This document shows, in pieces, positions 1 to 10,147 of a stretch of DNA of 64,000 nucleotides. This stretch comes from an uncultured Rhodospirillaceae bacterium (GTDB lineage: Bacteria > Pseudomonadota > Alphaproteobacteria > Rhodospirillales > UBA2165). Under the pieces are notes generated by a model. The model was not told the origin of the DNA and ran no database searches. It saw only the letters and a program-made list of their open reading frames with translations. A program made the translations under genes and the position numbers. The stretch lies in NCBI GenBank assembly GCA_964643045.1, contig CAZXSC010000002.1, positions 25,806 through 89,805 of the forward strand, given 5' to 3'. Within the stretch, counting starts at the first letter, position 1, and every line of letters begins with the position of its first letter.

Positions 1-830
1 CCCATATATCCCTCCAAGCTACAATGACCTTGTGGATGAGCAACGGTTCCAAATTTTCCCCAGCCATCGATACCAATACGCGCAAAATCTGACAAGAACC
101 CGTATGCAATTGGTGGATCTTCGCCCGCATTTCTCAAATCTTTCTCAACAGCCATAGCGGCGATACCTGTCGATTCGTGAGTAGCGCCTGGGTGAGAAGC
201 ATCTAATTGATTCTCGAGAAAAATTTTCCAATTCGACTTTTGTATCATGTGGAAACAGTCGCCAACCACTTCCGTCTCTCCACCCGGTGCTAAATCAATC
301 AATTGATCAAAAGCAACGGTAGCATTACCCAGATGTTTTTTTAGGCTTGGACCATTTTCTGCCAAAGAGGCGAACCAAAAACCGCGATAATTATCGCTAC
401 GGGCTGCCTTTTGCACCTGAAATTCAGGGGCGTCCATTTTGAGGCCAGTCCCATCATAACCCTCCGAAGCTGGAATTTGGTCGAGCCTGCCGTCCAAATC
501 AAAAAACCAGGCATGGTAAGAACACCGAATTCGTCGTCCAGCGTTTCCTTTTCGCGCCGTACAGAGTTGAGCCCCACGATGTGGACATCTATTATAAAGG
601 ATATGAATTTTACCGTTATGATCACGTGTCATCATCATAGGTTGTCGACCAACACGTGCTAAATAATAGTCCCCAGGGTTCTTCACCTGGCTCTCATGCC
701 CGATGTAGACCCACAGAGTCTCAAAAATCCGTTCCATCTCGAGTTCAAATAAATCCGAATCTACATACGCTTTGCGATGAGCACGATCACTTTCAACCAG
801 TGCGGATATATTTTTGTTTGTCCAATCCAT
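1..830 (-). CDS. Rieske [2Fe-2S] ring-hydroxylating/demethylating oxygenase, alpha subunit (5' part only; C-terminus lies beyond window start)
   Basis: Not in the ORF track because it runs off the edge. Hand translation from ATG (complement of 828-830) gives MDWTNKNISALVESD...NRCPHRGAQLC...IRCSYHAWFF. This is a CxH...CxxH Rieske motif, followed by ENQLDASHPGATH (E-x3-D-x2-H-x4-H mononuclear iron motif). The frame stays open to position 1. Confidence 0.85.
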   Translation of the reverse strand, partial: MDWTNKNISALVESDRAHRKAYVDSDLFELEMERIFETLWVYIGHESQVKNPGDYYLARVGRQPMMMTRDHNGKIHILYNRCPHRGAQLCTARKGNAGRRIRCSYHAWFFDLDGRLDQIPASEGYDGTGLKMDAPEFQVQKAARSDNYRGFWFASLAENGPSLKKHLGNATVAFDQLIDLAPGGETEVVGDCFHMIQKSNWKIFLENQLDASHPGATHESTGIAAMAVEKDLRNAGEDPPIAYGFLSDFARIGIDGWGKFGTVAHPQGHCSLEGYM

Positions 831-862
831 TGTTTATTTACTATCAAAATATAAGTAATCTA

Positions 863-2590
863 TCAATCTCTGCCCCCAGCACTTGTAATGACATTTAACA
901 AAACGGGCGTACCACTTCTCACCTTTTCCAACCCTCTCCGCATAGCATCTTCTAGCGCTGATGGGTCATCAACCATTTCGCCATATCCACCACAAGCGTC
1001 CATGATTTTTTCATAACTTGGACTTGGAGCTAAACTGGTAAGCGGCATTTCATTCGATTTCACAGCCTTACCTTTCGGATACATTCTGCGTGTTGCACGG
1101 TTCACCGCAAACCATTGCGCATTGTTCATAATAACGGTTAGGGTTGCCAAATTTTGCGACTTTGCTACAAAGTGGGCGGGTGTAGGGCCGCCAAACATGT
1201 ACGAACCATCTCCGACAAATAAAATGACATCACGATTGGGTTCAGCCAATTTTGCCCCTAAAGAGGCACCTAAACCGAAGCCCAAACCGCCTGCCTGAGC
1301 GCCACTCACAACGCTTGACGGGACTTTATATTCTATGTGATCCATGTTTAGACCAAGTTCACTTACGATAATACTGTCATCCGCTTTGACTCTATTTATG
1401 CAGCGGGCGACCCAAGGCGTTAATATTGGCGTATGATTTGCGGCATCTTCCATTATTTTCTTTTTCTGTGACACATGTTCATTATGTATTTTTGTTATCT
1501 TAGCGGCACGTGCTTCAAGATCAGAAATTTTGAGGCCTTTATGATCTTCCAAAGCCCTTTCAAGTAATAGAAGGCTCTGCAAAGGTTCACCCGAAATTGC
1601 TACATCCATCTCAAAGCCACGATAAGGCAACCTAGAATATTGAGGATCAGGGGAAAGATGAATAATTCTTGCTTTGTCATTTGGGGATACATCTCTCGGA
1701 ACCCAAGGAACTGCACTTTCAATCACGAGCACCAAATCTGCATCAGGAAGATATTGACCAACAGAAAACCCAAGGTTCATAGGATGATCTGAGAGCAAGC
1801 TTGGTCCACCCACCTGAACTACAGGTAAGGCAAATTTTTCAGCCAAACCACCTAAGATGTCAGTTACGCCGTGCCGATATCCAACTGAACCGGCTATAAT
1901 CAAAGGATTTTTTGATCCGACTATCATGTCAACTGCTTGTTCCAAAACAGCGGAAGAAGGCACCGAAGGCATATTACCTAGGGGACGTTTTCTCGGGAGT
2001 GCCCGATCTTTTTTTACCATATGACCCAAAACTTCACGGGGTAAGGTTAAATAAACAGGCCCACGAGGTTCCGACATAGCAATATCCAAGGCGCGATTAA
2101 CAACTTTCTCAACTGGTTGATTGTCACGTAACTCGTAATCCCACTTAACATATTCCCTAAGCATCCCAGCCTGATCAAAATTTTCTTGTGTCCAGTGAAT
2201 ACCAATATTTCTAGAACCTATATCGCCGGATTCTGTAAGAGGCGTGCGCCCCGCTATAACTAAAATTGGCACACCGTCACGAGACGCATTCATCACTCCA
2301 CAAATGGTATTCGCTGTTCCAACAGTCACGTGCACCATTACAGCCGCGGGCTTCCCAGATACACGATAATATCCTTCAGCCATGGCCATAGCCACGTTTT
2401 CGTGGGGAACGGTTATGAATTGTGGGACCTTATCTCCCACCTTCGAAGAACTCACTAATGCCTCGATAACTGGAGCAAAATCTGTACCAGCATTGGCAAA
2501 AATATATTCAATACCGTTATCCACCAGAGCCGCCAGAAACGTCTCTGCGACAGAGACTTGTTTGCTAGTCGCTTTCACACGTTTATCCAT
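863..2590 (-). CDS. Thiamine-pyrophosphate-dependent enzyme, acetolactate-synthase-like large-subunit family (substrate unknown)
   Basis: 575-aa ORF. N-terminal TPP-pyrimidine domain (GIEYIFANAGTDFAPVIEAL, VPHENVAMAMAEGY) and C-terminal GDGSYMFG...NN TPP-binding motif. Confidence 0.85.
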   Translation of the reverse strand: MDKRVKATSKQVSVAETFLAALVDNGIEYIFANAGTDFAPVIEALVSSSKVGDKVPQFITVPHENVAMAMAEGYYRVSGKPAAVMVHVTVGTANTICGVMNASRDGVPILVIAGRTPLTESGDIGSRNIGIHWTQENFDQAGMLREYVKWDYELRDNQPVEKVVNRALDIAMSEPRGPVYLTLPREVLGHMVKKDRALPRKRPLGNMPSVPSSAVLEQAVDMIVGSKNPLIIAGSVGYRHGVTDILGGLAEKFALPVVQVGGPSLLSDHPMNLGFSVGQYLPDADLVLVIESAVPWVPRDVSPNDKARIIHLSPDPQYSRLPYRGFEMDVAISGEPLQSLLLLERALEDHKGLKISDLEARAAKITKIHNEHVSQKKKIMEDAANHTPILTPWVARCINRVKADDSIIVSELGLNMDHIEYKVPSSVVSGAQAGGLGFGLGASLGAKLAEPNRDVILFVGDGSYMFGGPTPAHFVAKSQNLATLTVIMNNAQWFAVNRATRRMYPKGKAVKSNEMPLTSLAPSPSYEKIMDACGGYGEMVDDPSALEDAMRRGLEKVRSGTPVLLNVITSAGGRD

Positions 2591-2941
2591 TGAAATAATT
2601 CCCTGTAATCTATTTCGCCATAGATACTATCCTGCATTCTAATTATTAGTCAGAAAAACAGGTATAACAACAGAAATAGAGTTTTTTTATTTGCCAAAAA
2701 ACTTGGTTCCCCCAGTAATACCTGAAGCCGGTCTGCGACTTAACCAAATTGCGAACCTAAAATATGACGAAATTAAACCGAAGGGGATAGAATGCAAATA
2801 CTATGAAGTTTCTTGACCCTATTCCTGAGAAATTAAATAGCTTTGATTTTGTCGCCTCAAATTGCACTCGCATATAATTCAGTGTTAACTTAGAAGTACT
2901 ATCGACCTTCCCTCAACAATTAGCTAAAATCTGTATTAACC

Positions 2942-3793
2942 ATGCGGAGAATATTTAATACAAACAAGTTAGAACAGTATTTGGAAGAAGGCTCTCCGCG
3001 CGTTAATGGTTATCTGCAATCGGGTTCCTCATCTGTAATTTGCTCAATCTTTGATGTTCAAGATGAATTAAAAATTCTCGGAAATATTGCGGAAATTGGC
3101 GTTTTTCACGGTAAATTGTTTATATTACTATGCCATTCTATACGTGAAGGAGAACGAGCTTTCGCTATCGACGTGTTTAACTCAGAGCCGTATATTCAGG
3201 GAATTAAAACACCCCAAGATCGTAGAGCATTCAGTCAGAAAAATTTATTAAGAAATCTCAAAATTAATGAGATTGGAGCTGATCTTACTCATTTAATTAC
3301 CACCAACAGTCAAAAACTAACACCGTTCAATTTCAAGCAAATAATAGATAACAAAGAAATCCGCCTATTCAGTATTGATGGTGACCACTCTCGCGAAGGT
3401 GTGCGCCATGATTTAAATTTAGCCGTATCAAGCCTATCAAAAGGCGGTATTATTTTAGTAGATGATCTTTTTAATGTACTGTGCCCTTCACTGACCGAAG
3501 GTATTATAGATTTCTTCAACAATGACAACACAAAGCGCGTGGCACCAATTGCAATTATAGCAGCCAATGGGCCTGTTCAAACCGGGGCAACAAAACTCGT
3601 CTTGGCGGATTCAGCATACACGAATCATTATAAAGCATATTTACAGTTGCTTAATCAGACTAACTACAGTCACGCGGAAAATTTCTTAGGTTATCCAAAT
3701 GTTCTAATTTTTGAATTCAAAGATGAACCAAAACGGTATTCTCTAAATGATGATGTGCGCCTTGCAGTTACTGAATTTCTAAAAAATTTATGA
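2942..3793 (+). CDS. Class I SAM-dependent methyltransferase-like protein (sugar/polysaccharide-modifying type)
   Basis: 283-aa ORF. EIGVFHGKLF glycine-rich motif, IDGDHS and GGIILVDD resemble TylF/Methyltransf_24-type O-methyltransferases. Lies 8 nt upstream of a GT2 gene. Confidence 0.55.
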   Translation: MRRIFNTNKLEQYLEEGSPRVNGYLQSGSSSVICSIFDVQDELKILGNIAEIGVFHGKLFILLCHSIREGERAFAIDVFNSEPYIQGIKTPQDRRAFSQKNLLRNLKINEIGADLTHLITTNSQKLTPFNFKQIIDNKEIRLFSIDGDHSREGVRHDLNLAVSSLSKGGIILVDDLFNVLCPSLTEGIIDFFNNDNTKRVAPIAIIAANGPVQTGATKLVLADSAYTNHYKAYLQLLNQTNYSHAENFLGYPNVLIFEFKDEPKRYSLNDDVRLAVTEFLKNL

Positions 3794-3800
3794 TAAAATT

Positions 3801-4859
3801 ATGGATCTTAGTATTATCATCGCGACGCGTAATAACGCAAAATCACTTTCAAAATCTCTTCATTATATTTCAAAATTAGAGATTGATTTTGAGTGTATAG
3901 AAATTTTTGTTGCTGATAATGGTTCGACTGATTCGACAAAAATAGTTTGCGACATATACAGGAAATTGTTTCCAAATTTTATACATATATTTGATCCCCG
4001 CCCGGGGCAAATAGTAGGATGGCACAGTGCGCTTTTAGAATCGAATTCAGGGATCCTAGCATTTATTGACGATGATGTACTACCTACTCCCGGCTGGGCA
4101 GCTGCCGTAATTGAATGTTTTGAAGATCCGGAGATCGGAATTGCGACCGGAAGAATTCTTCCTGAATTTGAAGAAAGACCACCCAATTGGCAGAACAATA
4201 TGATATTAAAAAACAAATTTGGTAGCTGGTCAGCCCTCTGGGGCATGCTTGACTTTGGATCAGAAATAAAAATTATTCCTGCAGATTTTGTTTGGGGAAG
4301 TAATTTTCTTGTCCGTCGCAAATTATTGATTGATGCCGGCGGCTTCCACCCGGGTGGCATGCCTGAAGACTTATTCCACTTTACAGGCGATGGAGACGTA
4401 AGTGTAGGCCGAGCCATCTCAGATATTGGATTCAAAGCACTTTACCATCCAAAAGCCGCAGTGACACATTTTCTCCCCAAGGCCCGTAACTCTAATCCAG
4501 AAGAAATACGCCGATGGATTTTTGGAGAAGGGTTAGTAACTTCTTATATCTTGATGCGACAACTTGCAAAAAAACATCCTAACTACTCTCCTGATGACCT
4601 AATCAATCATGTGTCTGACGTAATTAAACCGATGGAGATAGCCAATATTGGAAAACTCTATCTAACAGATAAAGCAAACTTACCTGACGAAATACAATAC
4701 CTATTTAACACTAGCGGCAAGGTCGGTTTCTTACACCATCAAAACTACTTTATATCAGATTCATTGTTTCGTGATTGGGTTCTGCAACCAAATTATTTAG
4801 ATATAAATGCATGTTATAAACACCCTGATTTATTAAAAGATATTGAAGGAAAATTTTGA
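3801..4859 (+). CDS. Family 2 glycosyltransferase with a C-terminal extension
   Basis: 352-aa ORF. LSIIIATRNN...ADNGSTD...FIDDDV is a GT-A/GT2 signature. Clear paralog of the ORF at 46043-47083. Confidence 0.85.
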   Translation: MDLSIIIATRNNAKSLSKSLHYISKLEIDFECIEIFVADNGSTDSTKIVCDIYRKLFPNFIHIFDPRPGQIVGWHSALLESNSGILAFIDDDVLPTPGWAAAVIECFEDPEIGIATGRILPEFEERPPNWQNNMILKNKFGSWSALWGMLDFGSEIKIIPADFVWGSNFLVRRKLLIDAGGFHPGGMPEDLFHFTGDGDVSVGRAISDIGFKALYHPKAAVTHFLPKARNSNPEEIRRWIFGEGLVTSYILMRQLAKKHPNYSPDDLINHVSDVIKPMEIANIGKLYLTDKANLPDEIQYLFNTSGKVGFLHHQNYFISDSLFRDWVLQPNYLDINACYKHPDLLKDIEGKF

Positions 4860-5018
4860 AATACCTAACTGAACCAAACACATTCGTAATAATGCTCATT
4901 GTTAATCACGGTTTGACCAATCTCTACCTACGTAATTAAATAAACTTTTGAGCTATGAAAATAATTCGAATTTTTATTTTTATCCGAACTTAGTCCAAAG
5001 AATGAAAGTGTACAAAGT

Positions 5019-6668
5019 ATGAATGGTGCAGAGTTAGTTGCAGAAATTTTAAAATTAGAAGGGACAGAGCTTATTTCCTGCTATCCCCGCAACCCTGTAA
5101 TCGAGGCTGGGGCCAAGATTGGTATTAAACCCATCGTCTGTCGACAAGAAAGGGTCGGCGTCGGGATTGCTGATGGATATACGCGAAGAAAAAAAGGCCG
5201 GATGAACGGAGTTTTTGCCGCTCAGGGAGGTCCTGGAATTGAAAATGCTTTCCCCGGCATTGCACAAGCATATGCCGAGAATGTGCCACTATTGGTGCTT
5301 TCCGGTGGCTATAACTTAAATAGACAGTATCGCCATCCGACGTTTAGTGCCGCCGATGTCTTCAGGCCAATAACCAAGTGGTCGGCCCGAGCACATTCGG
5401 TTCTTGAATTGCCTGAATTACTAAGGCGAGCCTATCAAGCCATGCGAACTGGAAAAGGGGGCCCTGTTCTACTTGAAATTCCCATGGAGGTTTGGACAGC
5501 AAAGTTTAATGATCCCCTTAATTATCAGCCCGTATCGTCTATACGCGTGTTGCCAGATAACCAGGCTATTTCGAAAGCTGCCGACCTTCTATTAAAGGCA
5601 AAAAATCCACTATTATGGGCCGGGCAAGGTATTTTTTATGCTGATGCCTCAGAGCAACTTAGAAAATTAGCAGAATTATTACCGGCGCCAGTTATGACAA
5701 CAAATCCAGGAAAAAGTGCAATCGCCGAAAATCATCCTCTTTCACTTGGAGCAAGCACACGTTCAAGACCTCGGATGTTGAGCGAATTCCTCAAAAAAGC
5801 TGACCTAGTATGCGCTATTGGTTCGAGCTTAACACGAACACCTTTTGGGCCTGGAATCCCAGCAGGGAAGAAAATCATTCATTCAACCAATGACCCCGAT
5901 GATATAAACAAGGACTATAGAATAGACCAAGCTCTAATCGGCGATGCTCAATTGGTTATAAATGCTTTAATTTGTGAAATAAAAACAAAAAAAACAAAAT
6001 CTAGTCCCACAAGACTTTCACAGTTGGCCCAAAAAATTCTTACCACAAAAAAGGCGTGGCTAGATGAATGGAATATACAGGCCATATCCGATGAAATTCC
6101 AATCAACCAATATCGCATTATCCATGACCTGATGAACAATATTGATCGTGACAAGACTGTCATAACCCATGATTCTGGCAGCCCCCGGGAACAATTACTT
6201 CCCTTCTGGGAAACAACCAATCCCGGATCTTACATAGGATGGGGGAAGTCAACACAGCTAGGGTATGGACTTGGTTTGACGATAGGAGCAAAACTCGCCG
6301 AACCTGAAAAAATTTGTATCAATATCATGGGAGACGCCGCAATCGGTATGACTGGTATGGATTTGGAAACAGCCGCTCGCTATGGCATTGGCACCCTCAC
6401 AATCGTATTTAACAATGGTGTAATGGCTGCGGAGCGCGACGTATTGATTGAAGCTGAGTCAAAATATGGAGCACTTACCGTAGGTGGAAATTATCGACTT
6501 TTTGCTCAAAGTCTCGGGGTCAATGCAGCAAGAGTTGAAAAGCCTTCAGATTTTATTAATGTATTGAAAAACGCTGTAAAAACCACCGAAGAGGGCAAAC
6601 CCTATCTCATCGAGTGTTTAGTAAAAGAGGGGCACGAGTTTTCTCGTGACAATCTGAAAGATTTATAG
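5019..6668 (+). CDS. Thiamine-pyrophosphate-dependent enzyme, acetolactate-synthase-like family (second copy)
   Basis: 549-aa ORF. MNGAELVAEILKLEG N-terminus, GGPGIENAFPGIAQAY, and C-terminal MGDAAIGMTG...VFNNG TPP-binding motif. Confidence 0.85.
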   Translation: MNGAELVAEILKLEGTELISCYPRNPVIEAGAKIGIKPIVCRQERVGVGIADGYTRRKKGRMNGVFAAQGGPGIENAFPGIAQAYAENVPLLVLSGGYNLNRQYRHPTFSAADVFRPITKWSARAHSVLELPELLRRAYQAMRTGKGGPVLLEIPMEVWTAKFNDPLNYQPVSSIRVLPDNQAISKAADLLLKAKNPLLWAGQGIFYADASEQLRKLAELLPAPVMTTNPGKSAIAENHPLSLGASTRSRPRMLSEFLKKADLVCAIGSSLTRTPFGPGIPAGKKIIHSTNDPDDINKDYRIDQALIGDAQLVINALICEIKTKKTKSSPTRLSQLAQKILTTKKAWLDEWNIQAISDEIPINQYRIIHDLMNNIDRDKTVITHDSGSPREQLLPFWETTNPGSYIGWGKSTQLGYGLGLTIGAKLAEPEKICINIMGDAAIGMTGMDLETAARYGIGTLTIVFNNGVMAAERDVLIEAESKYGALTVGGNYRLFAQSLGVNAARVEKPSDFINVLKNAVKTTEEGKPYLIECLVKEGHEFSRDNLKDL

Positions 6669-6790
6669 GCAATTCGTTGGAGAACCTTAAGTTTATGAAC
6701 ATGAATAGTTTAAATCTGCCTAGGATGATTAAGAATTTATAAGGCAGATCAATATTCAAAAATGCAATGTGTTTTACGAGGAGCCCTTTT

Positions 6791-7690
6791 ATGAGCATGT
6801 CACCGAGTGAACGTATCACCTTTACTCCCGTTATAGGGCGACCCAAACTTAATCTTCCGGATAATGCACGTATGGTCATATGGCCTTTGTTGGCCATGGA
6901 GGTTTGGGATGTTTCTCGTCCCATGCCTCGAGTTGTTTTGTCTCCCCCACAAGGAAATTTACTTACACCAGATATACCAAATTGGAGTTGGCATGAATAC
7001 GGAATGCGGTCAGGTATCTGGCGGCTTTTCCAAATGTTTGATGACCTGCAAATACGTCCTTGTGTCACCTTAAACGCCCGTACATGTATAGATTATCCGA
7101 TAGTAGCGGAAGCTATTCTAGAGCGTGGATGGGAATTCAATGCACATTCGTACGACCAAATTGCAATGCATAAAGTCGAGAACCAGGCAGAAATGATCGA
7201 GAAAACTATAGACATCATTACAGACTTCTCTGGGCGTAAACCGCGTGGCTGGTTCGGACCTGGACTTACGCAAACATACGATACATTAGACCACCTAGCG
7301 AACGCTGGAATTCAATATTTTGGTGACTGGGTTCTTGATGATCACCCCATTCCCGTTAAAACGCTCCACGGAGATATGGTAGCCTTGCCTTATAATTATG
7401 AAATACATGATATCGCACATCAAATGATTCAATATCAAGAATCTGAAATCTTTTTGAAACGCGCAAAAGATCACTTTGATTACCTTTATGATGAGAGCAA
7501 TGAGAATGCCCGTTTCATGTGTGTTGCAACTCACCCATACATTTCTGGTGTTCCACACCGCATGAAATACGTTCGGGAAGCATATGAATATTTTCTAACA
7601 AAACCGGGTGTAATAACGATGGATGGTGAACAAATCCTCGATTGGTACCTTACACAAAATAAAGATATTGACCTAGTAAGCGCGTCATAA
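6791..7690 (+). CDS. Polysaccharide deacetylase / PuuE-allantoinase-like family hydrolase
   Basis: ORF 6767-7690. I prefer the ATG at 6791, preceded by GAGGAG 7 nt upstream. Pattern WSWHEYGMRSGIWRL...LNARTCIDYP...GWEFNAHSY...HPYISG is typical of the NodB-fold deacetylase family. Confidence 0.65.
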   Translation: MSMSPSERITFTPVIGRPKLNLPDNARMVIWPLLAMEVWDVSRPMPRVVLSPPQGNLLTPDIPNWSWHEYGMRSGIWRLFQMFDDLQIRPCVTLNARTCIDYPIVAEAILERGWEFNAHSYDQIAMHKVENQAEMIEKTIDIITDFSGRKPRGWFGPGLTQTYDTLDHLANAGIQYFGDWVLDDHPIPVKTLHGDMVALPYNYEIHDIAHQMIQYQESEIFLKRAKDHFDYLYDESNENARFMCVATHPYISGVPHRMKYVREAYEYFLTKPGVITMDGEQILDWYLTQNKDIDLVSAS

Positions 7691-7692
7691 AG

Positions 7693-8892
7693 ATGGATAG
7701 GCTCAACAAAAATATTGAAGATCCTGTAAACTGTTTCGTTCCACACAGCCCACCCGTTATTAAAGGCTCAAAATCAGGCCAACTTCAAGGGCTATCGTTT
7801 ACTGTAAAAGACCTTTATGACATCGGCGGTTATAAAACTGGAAATGGCAGTCCAGCATGGCTGTTAGATCATGAAGTAGCAACCGATACAGCAACCGTTG
7901 TTCAGCTGTGTTTAAACGCAGGAGCAACAATGCTTGGTAAAGTAATTTGTGACGAATTTTTTTATAGTTTCATTGGTGAAAATGCTCATTACGGCACCCC
8001 GGTAAATAGCGCCGCTCCGGGCTGCATTCCCGGCGGTTCCTCGTCTGGTTCCGCAGCATCTGTTGCTGCAGGAATATGCGACTTTTCGTTGGGAAGTGAC
8101 ACGGGTGGCTCGGTCCGAATTCCGGCAGCATTTTGCGGTCTATTTGGATTACGGCCAACATTCGGGCGCCTCAATCTCAAAGGAGCGACGGCAATGGCTC
8201 CAAGCTTTGATACGGCTGGTTGGATTGCAAAGGATCCAGATGTTTTTTTAAAATTGGGACCCATACTTTTAAACCACGATTCAGTTAAAGCAAAAGTTGA
8301 ACATGTGCGACTGGCTAATTTTGCATTCGATCTTTCGGATGATGAAGTCTCTGTGCCATTAAAAACCTGGTTGGATACAAACAATAACGACTTATCCTTA
8401 ACTAGTCCTATTGAAGAATTACCCTGCGGTATCACACTCCACGGTGCGAGAGAAACATTTCGTGTCATCCAAGCATGGGAAGTTTGGCAGACATTCGGAC
8501 CCTGGATTACAAAAGCAGAGCCAAACTTCGGTCCCGGTGTCAAAGAACGCATGGATATCGCTAGAACGGTAACCAAAGTGGACCTAAGAGACAAAATATC
8601 AAATAGAAAACGAATCAATGCCGCTTTAAATGAACTAATACCCCGAGGTACAGTCTTAGCTCTACCCGTCACCGCCTCACTGCCTGTGAAAGTCAATACA
8701 AAGCCGGAAATTTTAGATGCCTATCGAGCTAAAACACTTAGTTTAGTTTGTTTAGCCAGCCTTGCGGGTCTGCCGCAAATTTCGGTACCAGTAACAAATT
8801 CAAATGGAATTCCGGTTAGTTTAGGATTAATTGGCTGGAAAGGCGGTGACGAAGCCCTGCTGTCAATAGCGTCAAACCTGATTAAGAACTGA
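7693..8892 (+). CDS. Amidase (amidase-signature family)
   Basis: 399-aa ORF with GGSSSGSAASVAAG...GSDTGGSVRIPA amidase signature. Starts 2 nt after the preceding stop. Confidence 0.88.
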   Translation: MDRLNKNIEDPVNCFVPHSPPVIKGSKSGQLQGLSFTVKDLYDIGGYKTGNGSPAWLLDHEVATDTATVVQLCLNAGATMLGKVICDEFFYSFIGENAHYGTPVNSAAPGCIPGGSSSGSAASVAAGICDFSLGSDTGGSVRIPAAFCGLFGLRPTFGRLNLKGATAMAPSFDTAGWIAKDPDVFLKLGPILLNHDSVKAKVEHVRLANFAFDLSDDEVSVPLKTWLDTNNNDLSLTSPIEELPCGITLHGARETFRVIQAWEVWQTFGPWITKAEPNFGPGVKERMDIARTVTKVDLRDKISNRKRINAALNELIPRGTVLALPVTASLPVKVNTKPEILDAYRAKTLSLVCLASLAGLPQISVPVTNSNGIPVSLGLIGWKGGDEALLSIASNLIKN

Positions 8893-8934
8893 TAATAGAG
8901 GTCATTTAGATCCGGTAATAAAAGTCAAATTTTC

Positions 8935-10128
8935 TCACAAGAGATTCTCAGACCAAGCGTCAAAACCATATACCCAGTCAGGATTACCTGGTTTACGTAG
9001 CCATTCGTTTTCGTGGGACCCCCTTTGTATTCTACTTGCTCTTGGGATACGGGTCTTCTCATAATGCCTAAGAGCTTCACTCCATTTAGGATAAGTCTCG
9101 ACGCACCGGGACAAAATTGCAGCATCCTCCAGTCCCATTGCTGCGCCTTGAGCCATGAATGGCACCATCGCGTGGCATGCATCCCCTAATAACGTTATTC
9201 GTCCACGTGACCACTGATTCAATGGTTCTCGTTCATATAGTGCTGTTCGGTCAATTTCCGTAATTGAATTTAATACGGATCTTATATCTTTATGAAAACC
9301 TGAGAAATACTCACGTATTTTTTTACCGTCTCCCTTCATCGACCAGGACTCGCGAGTTTCTTCTTGTTCTGGCATGGAAGCAAATAAAAACAATTCCTTT
9401 CCCTTACTTATAGCATTTGTCACAACTTGACTTTCCGGCACCGGCCCCCACCATTTAACAAAATTTAAAACATCATATCCGCGCACTTGCTTGGCAGGTA
9501 TAATCGTTCTGTAGGCCGACATTCCTGTGAAGATAGCTTTGTCAATCCCGAATAGGGACTCACGCACAACTGAGTGCACACCATCCGCGCCAACAACGCC
9601 CCTCGCTTCAGCAATCGTTTTATCTTCAAATAATAATTGGACTTTATCTCCTACCTCACGAACAGAATTGAGTCTTTTGTTAAACTTGATGGTCTCGATT
9701 GGTATCGACGCTTTTAGGATAGCCATCAAATCAGCCCGATGAAGCATTAGCGGTGCCACTCCATATTGCTTGACTGCAGATTGCCCAAGCTCAATTCGAG
9801 AAGTCTCATCACCTGTGTCCCAGGTCCGGCTGATTCTGTAATTGGGGGTGTGGGATCTTTCCCTTATGGCATCGCCAACGCCAAGGCCGTCGAGTACTTT
9901 GACTGCATTGGGTGTCATGTTTATCGCAGCACCAACACGCCCAAAGGCTGGAGCCTGCTCATAGATCGTTGATCGAAGGCCAATCCGCCGAAACGCTATA
10001 GCTGTAGCAAGTCCTCCTATGCCCGCTCCTATAATTGCGACCACACCCTCTAGATCGGATTCTTCTTGTTTGACTACCACGATCGTTCCTAAATTTTTTG
10101 TTATTTCCCCAGCCGATATCAAGCACAA
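8935..10128 (-). CDS. FAD-dependent aromatic monooxygenase (salicylate/hydroxy-(hetero)arene hydroxylase type)
   Basis: 397-aa ORF. VAIIGAGIGGLATA dinucleotide fold, GADGVHS, and GDACHAMVPFMAQGAAMGLEDA. The start is uncertain: TTG at 10128, or GTG at 10080 with GGAA upstream. Confidence 0.85.
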   Translation of the reverse strand: MCLISAGEITKNLGTIVVVKQEESDLEGVVAIIGAGIGGLATAIAFRRIGLRSTIYEQAPAFGRVGAAINMTPNAVKVLDGLGVGDAIRERSHTPNYRISRTWDTGDETSRIELGQSAVKQYGVAPLMLHRADLMAILKASIPIETIKFNKRLNSVREVGDKVQLLFEDKTIAEARGVVGADGVHSVVRESLFGIDKAIFTGMSAYRTIIPAKQVRGYDVLNFVKWWGPVPESQVVTNAISKGKELFLFASMPEQEETRESWSMKGDGKKIREYFSGFHKDIRSVLNSITEIDRTALYEREPLNQWSRGRITLLGDACHAMVPFMAQGAAMGLEDAAILSRCVETYPKWSEALRHYEKTRIPRASRIQRGSHENEWLRKPGNPDWVYGFDAWSENLL

Positions 10129-10147
10129 TTCGGCATTCTAATTAACT

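Noticed and set aside
341-898. Three ORF-track entries at the window start: 341-625 (-), 411-662 (+) and 656-898 (+).
   Set aside because: All lie inside or overlap the hand-translated Rieske oxygenase frame (1-830, minus), which has strong CxH...CxxH and iron-binding motifs. These ORFs are in other frames or the other strand and contain no recognisable motifs.
7989-8696. A 235-aa ORF antisense to the amidase gene. Similar long antisense or alternate-frame ORFs occur at 3863-4435, 11573-12016, 27172-27609, 21672-22073, 38437-38781 and 58835-59269.
   Set aside because: Each is fully embedded in a gene with clear family motifs on the opposite strand or in another frame. Their products are low-complexity (Ser/Pro/Arg-rich or Ile/Phe-rich) with no motifs. 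They are typical shadow ORFs.
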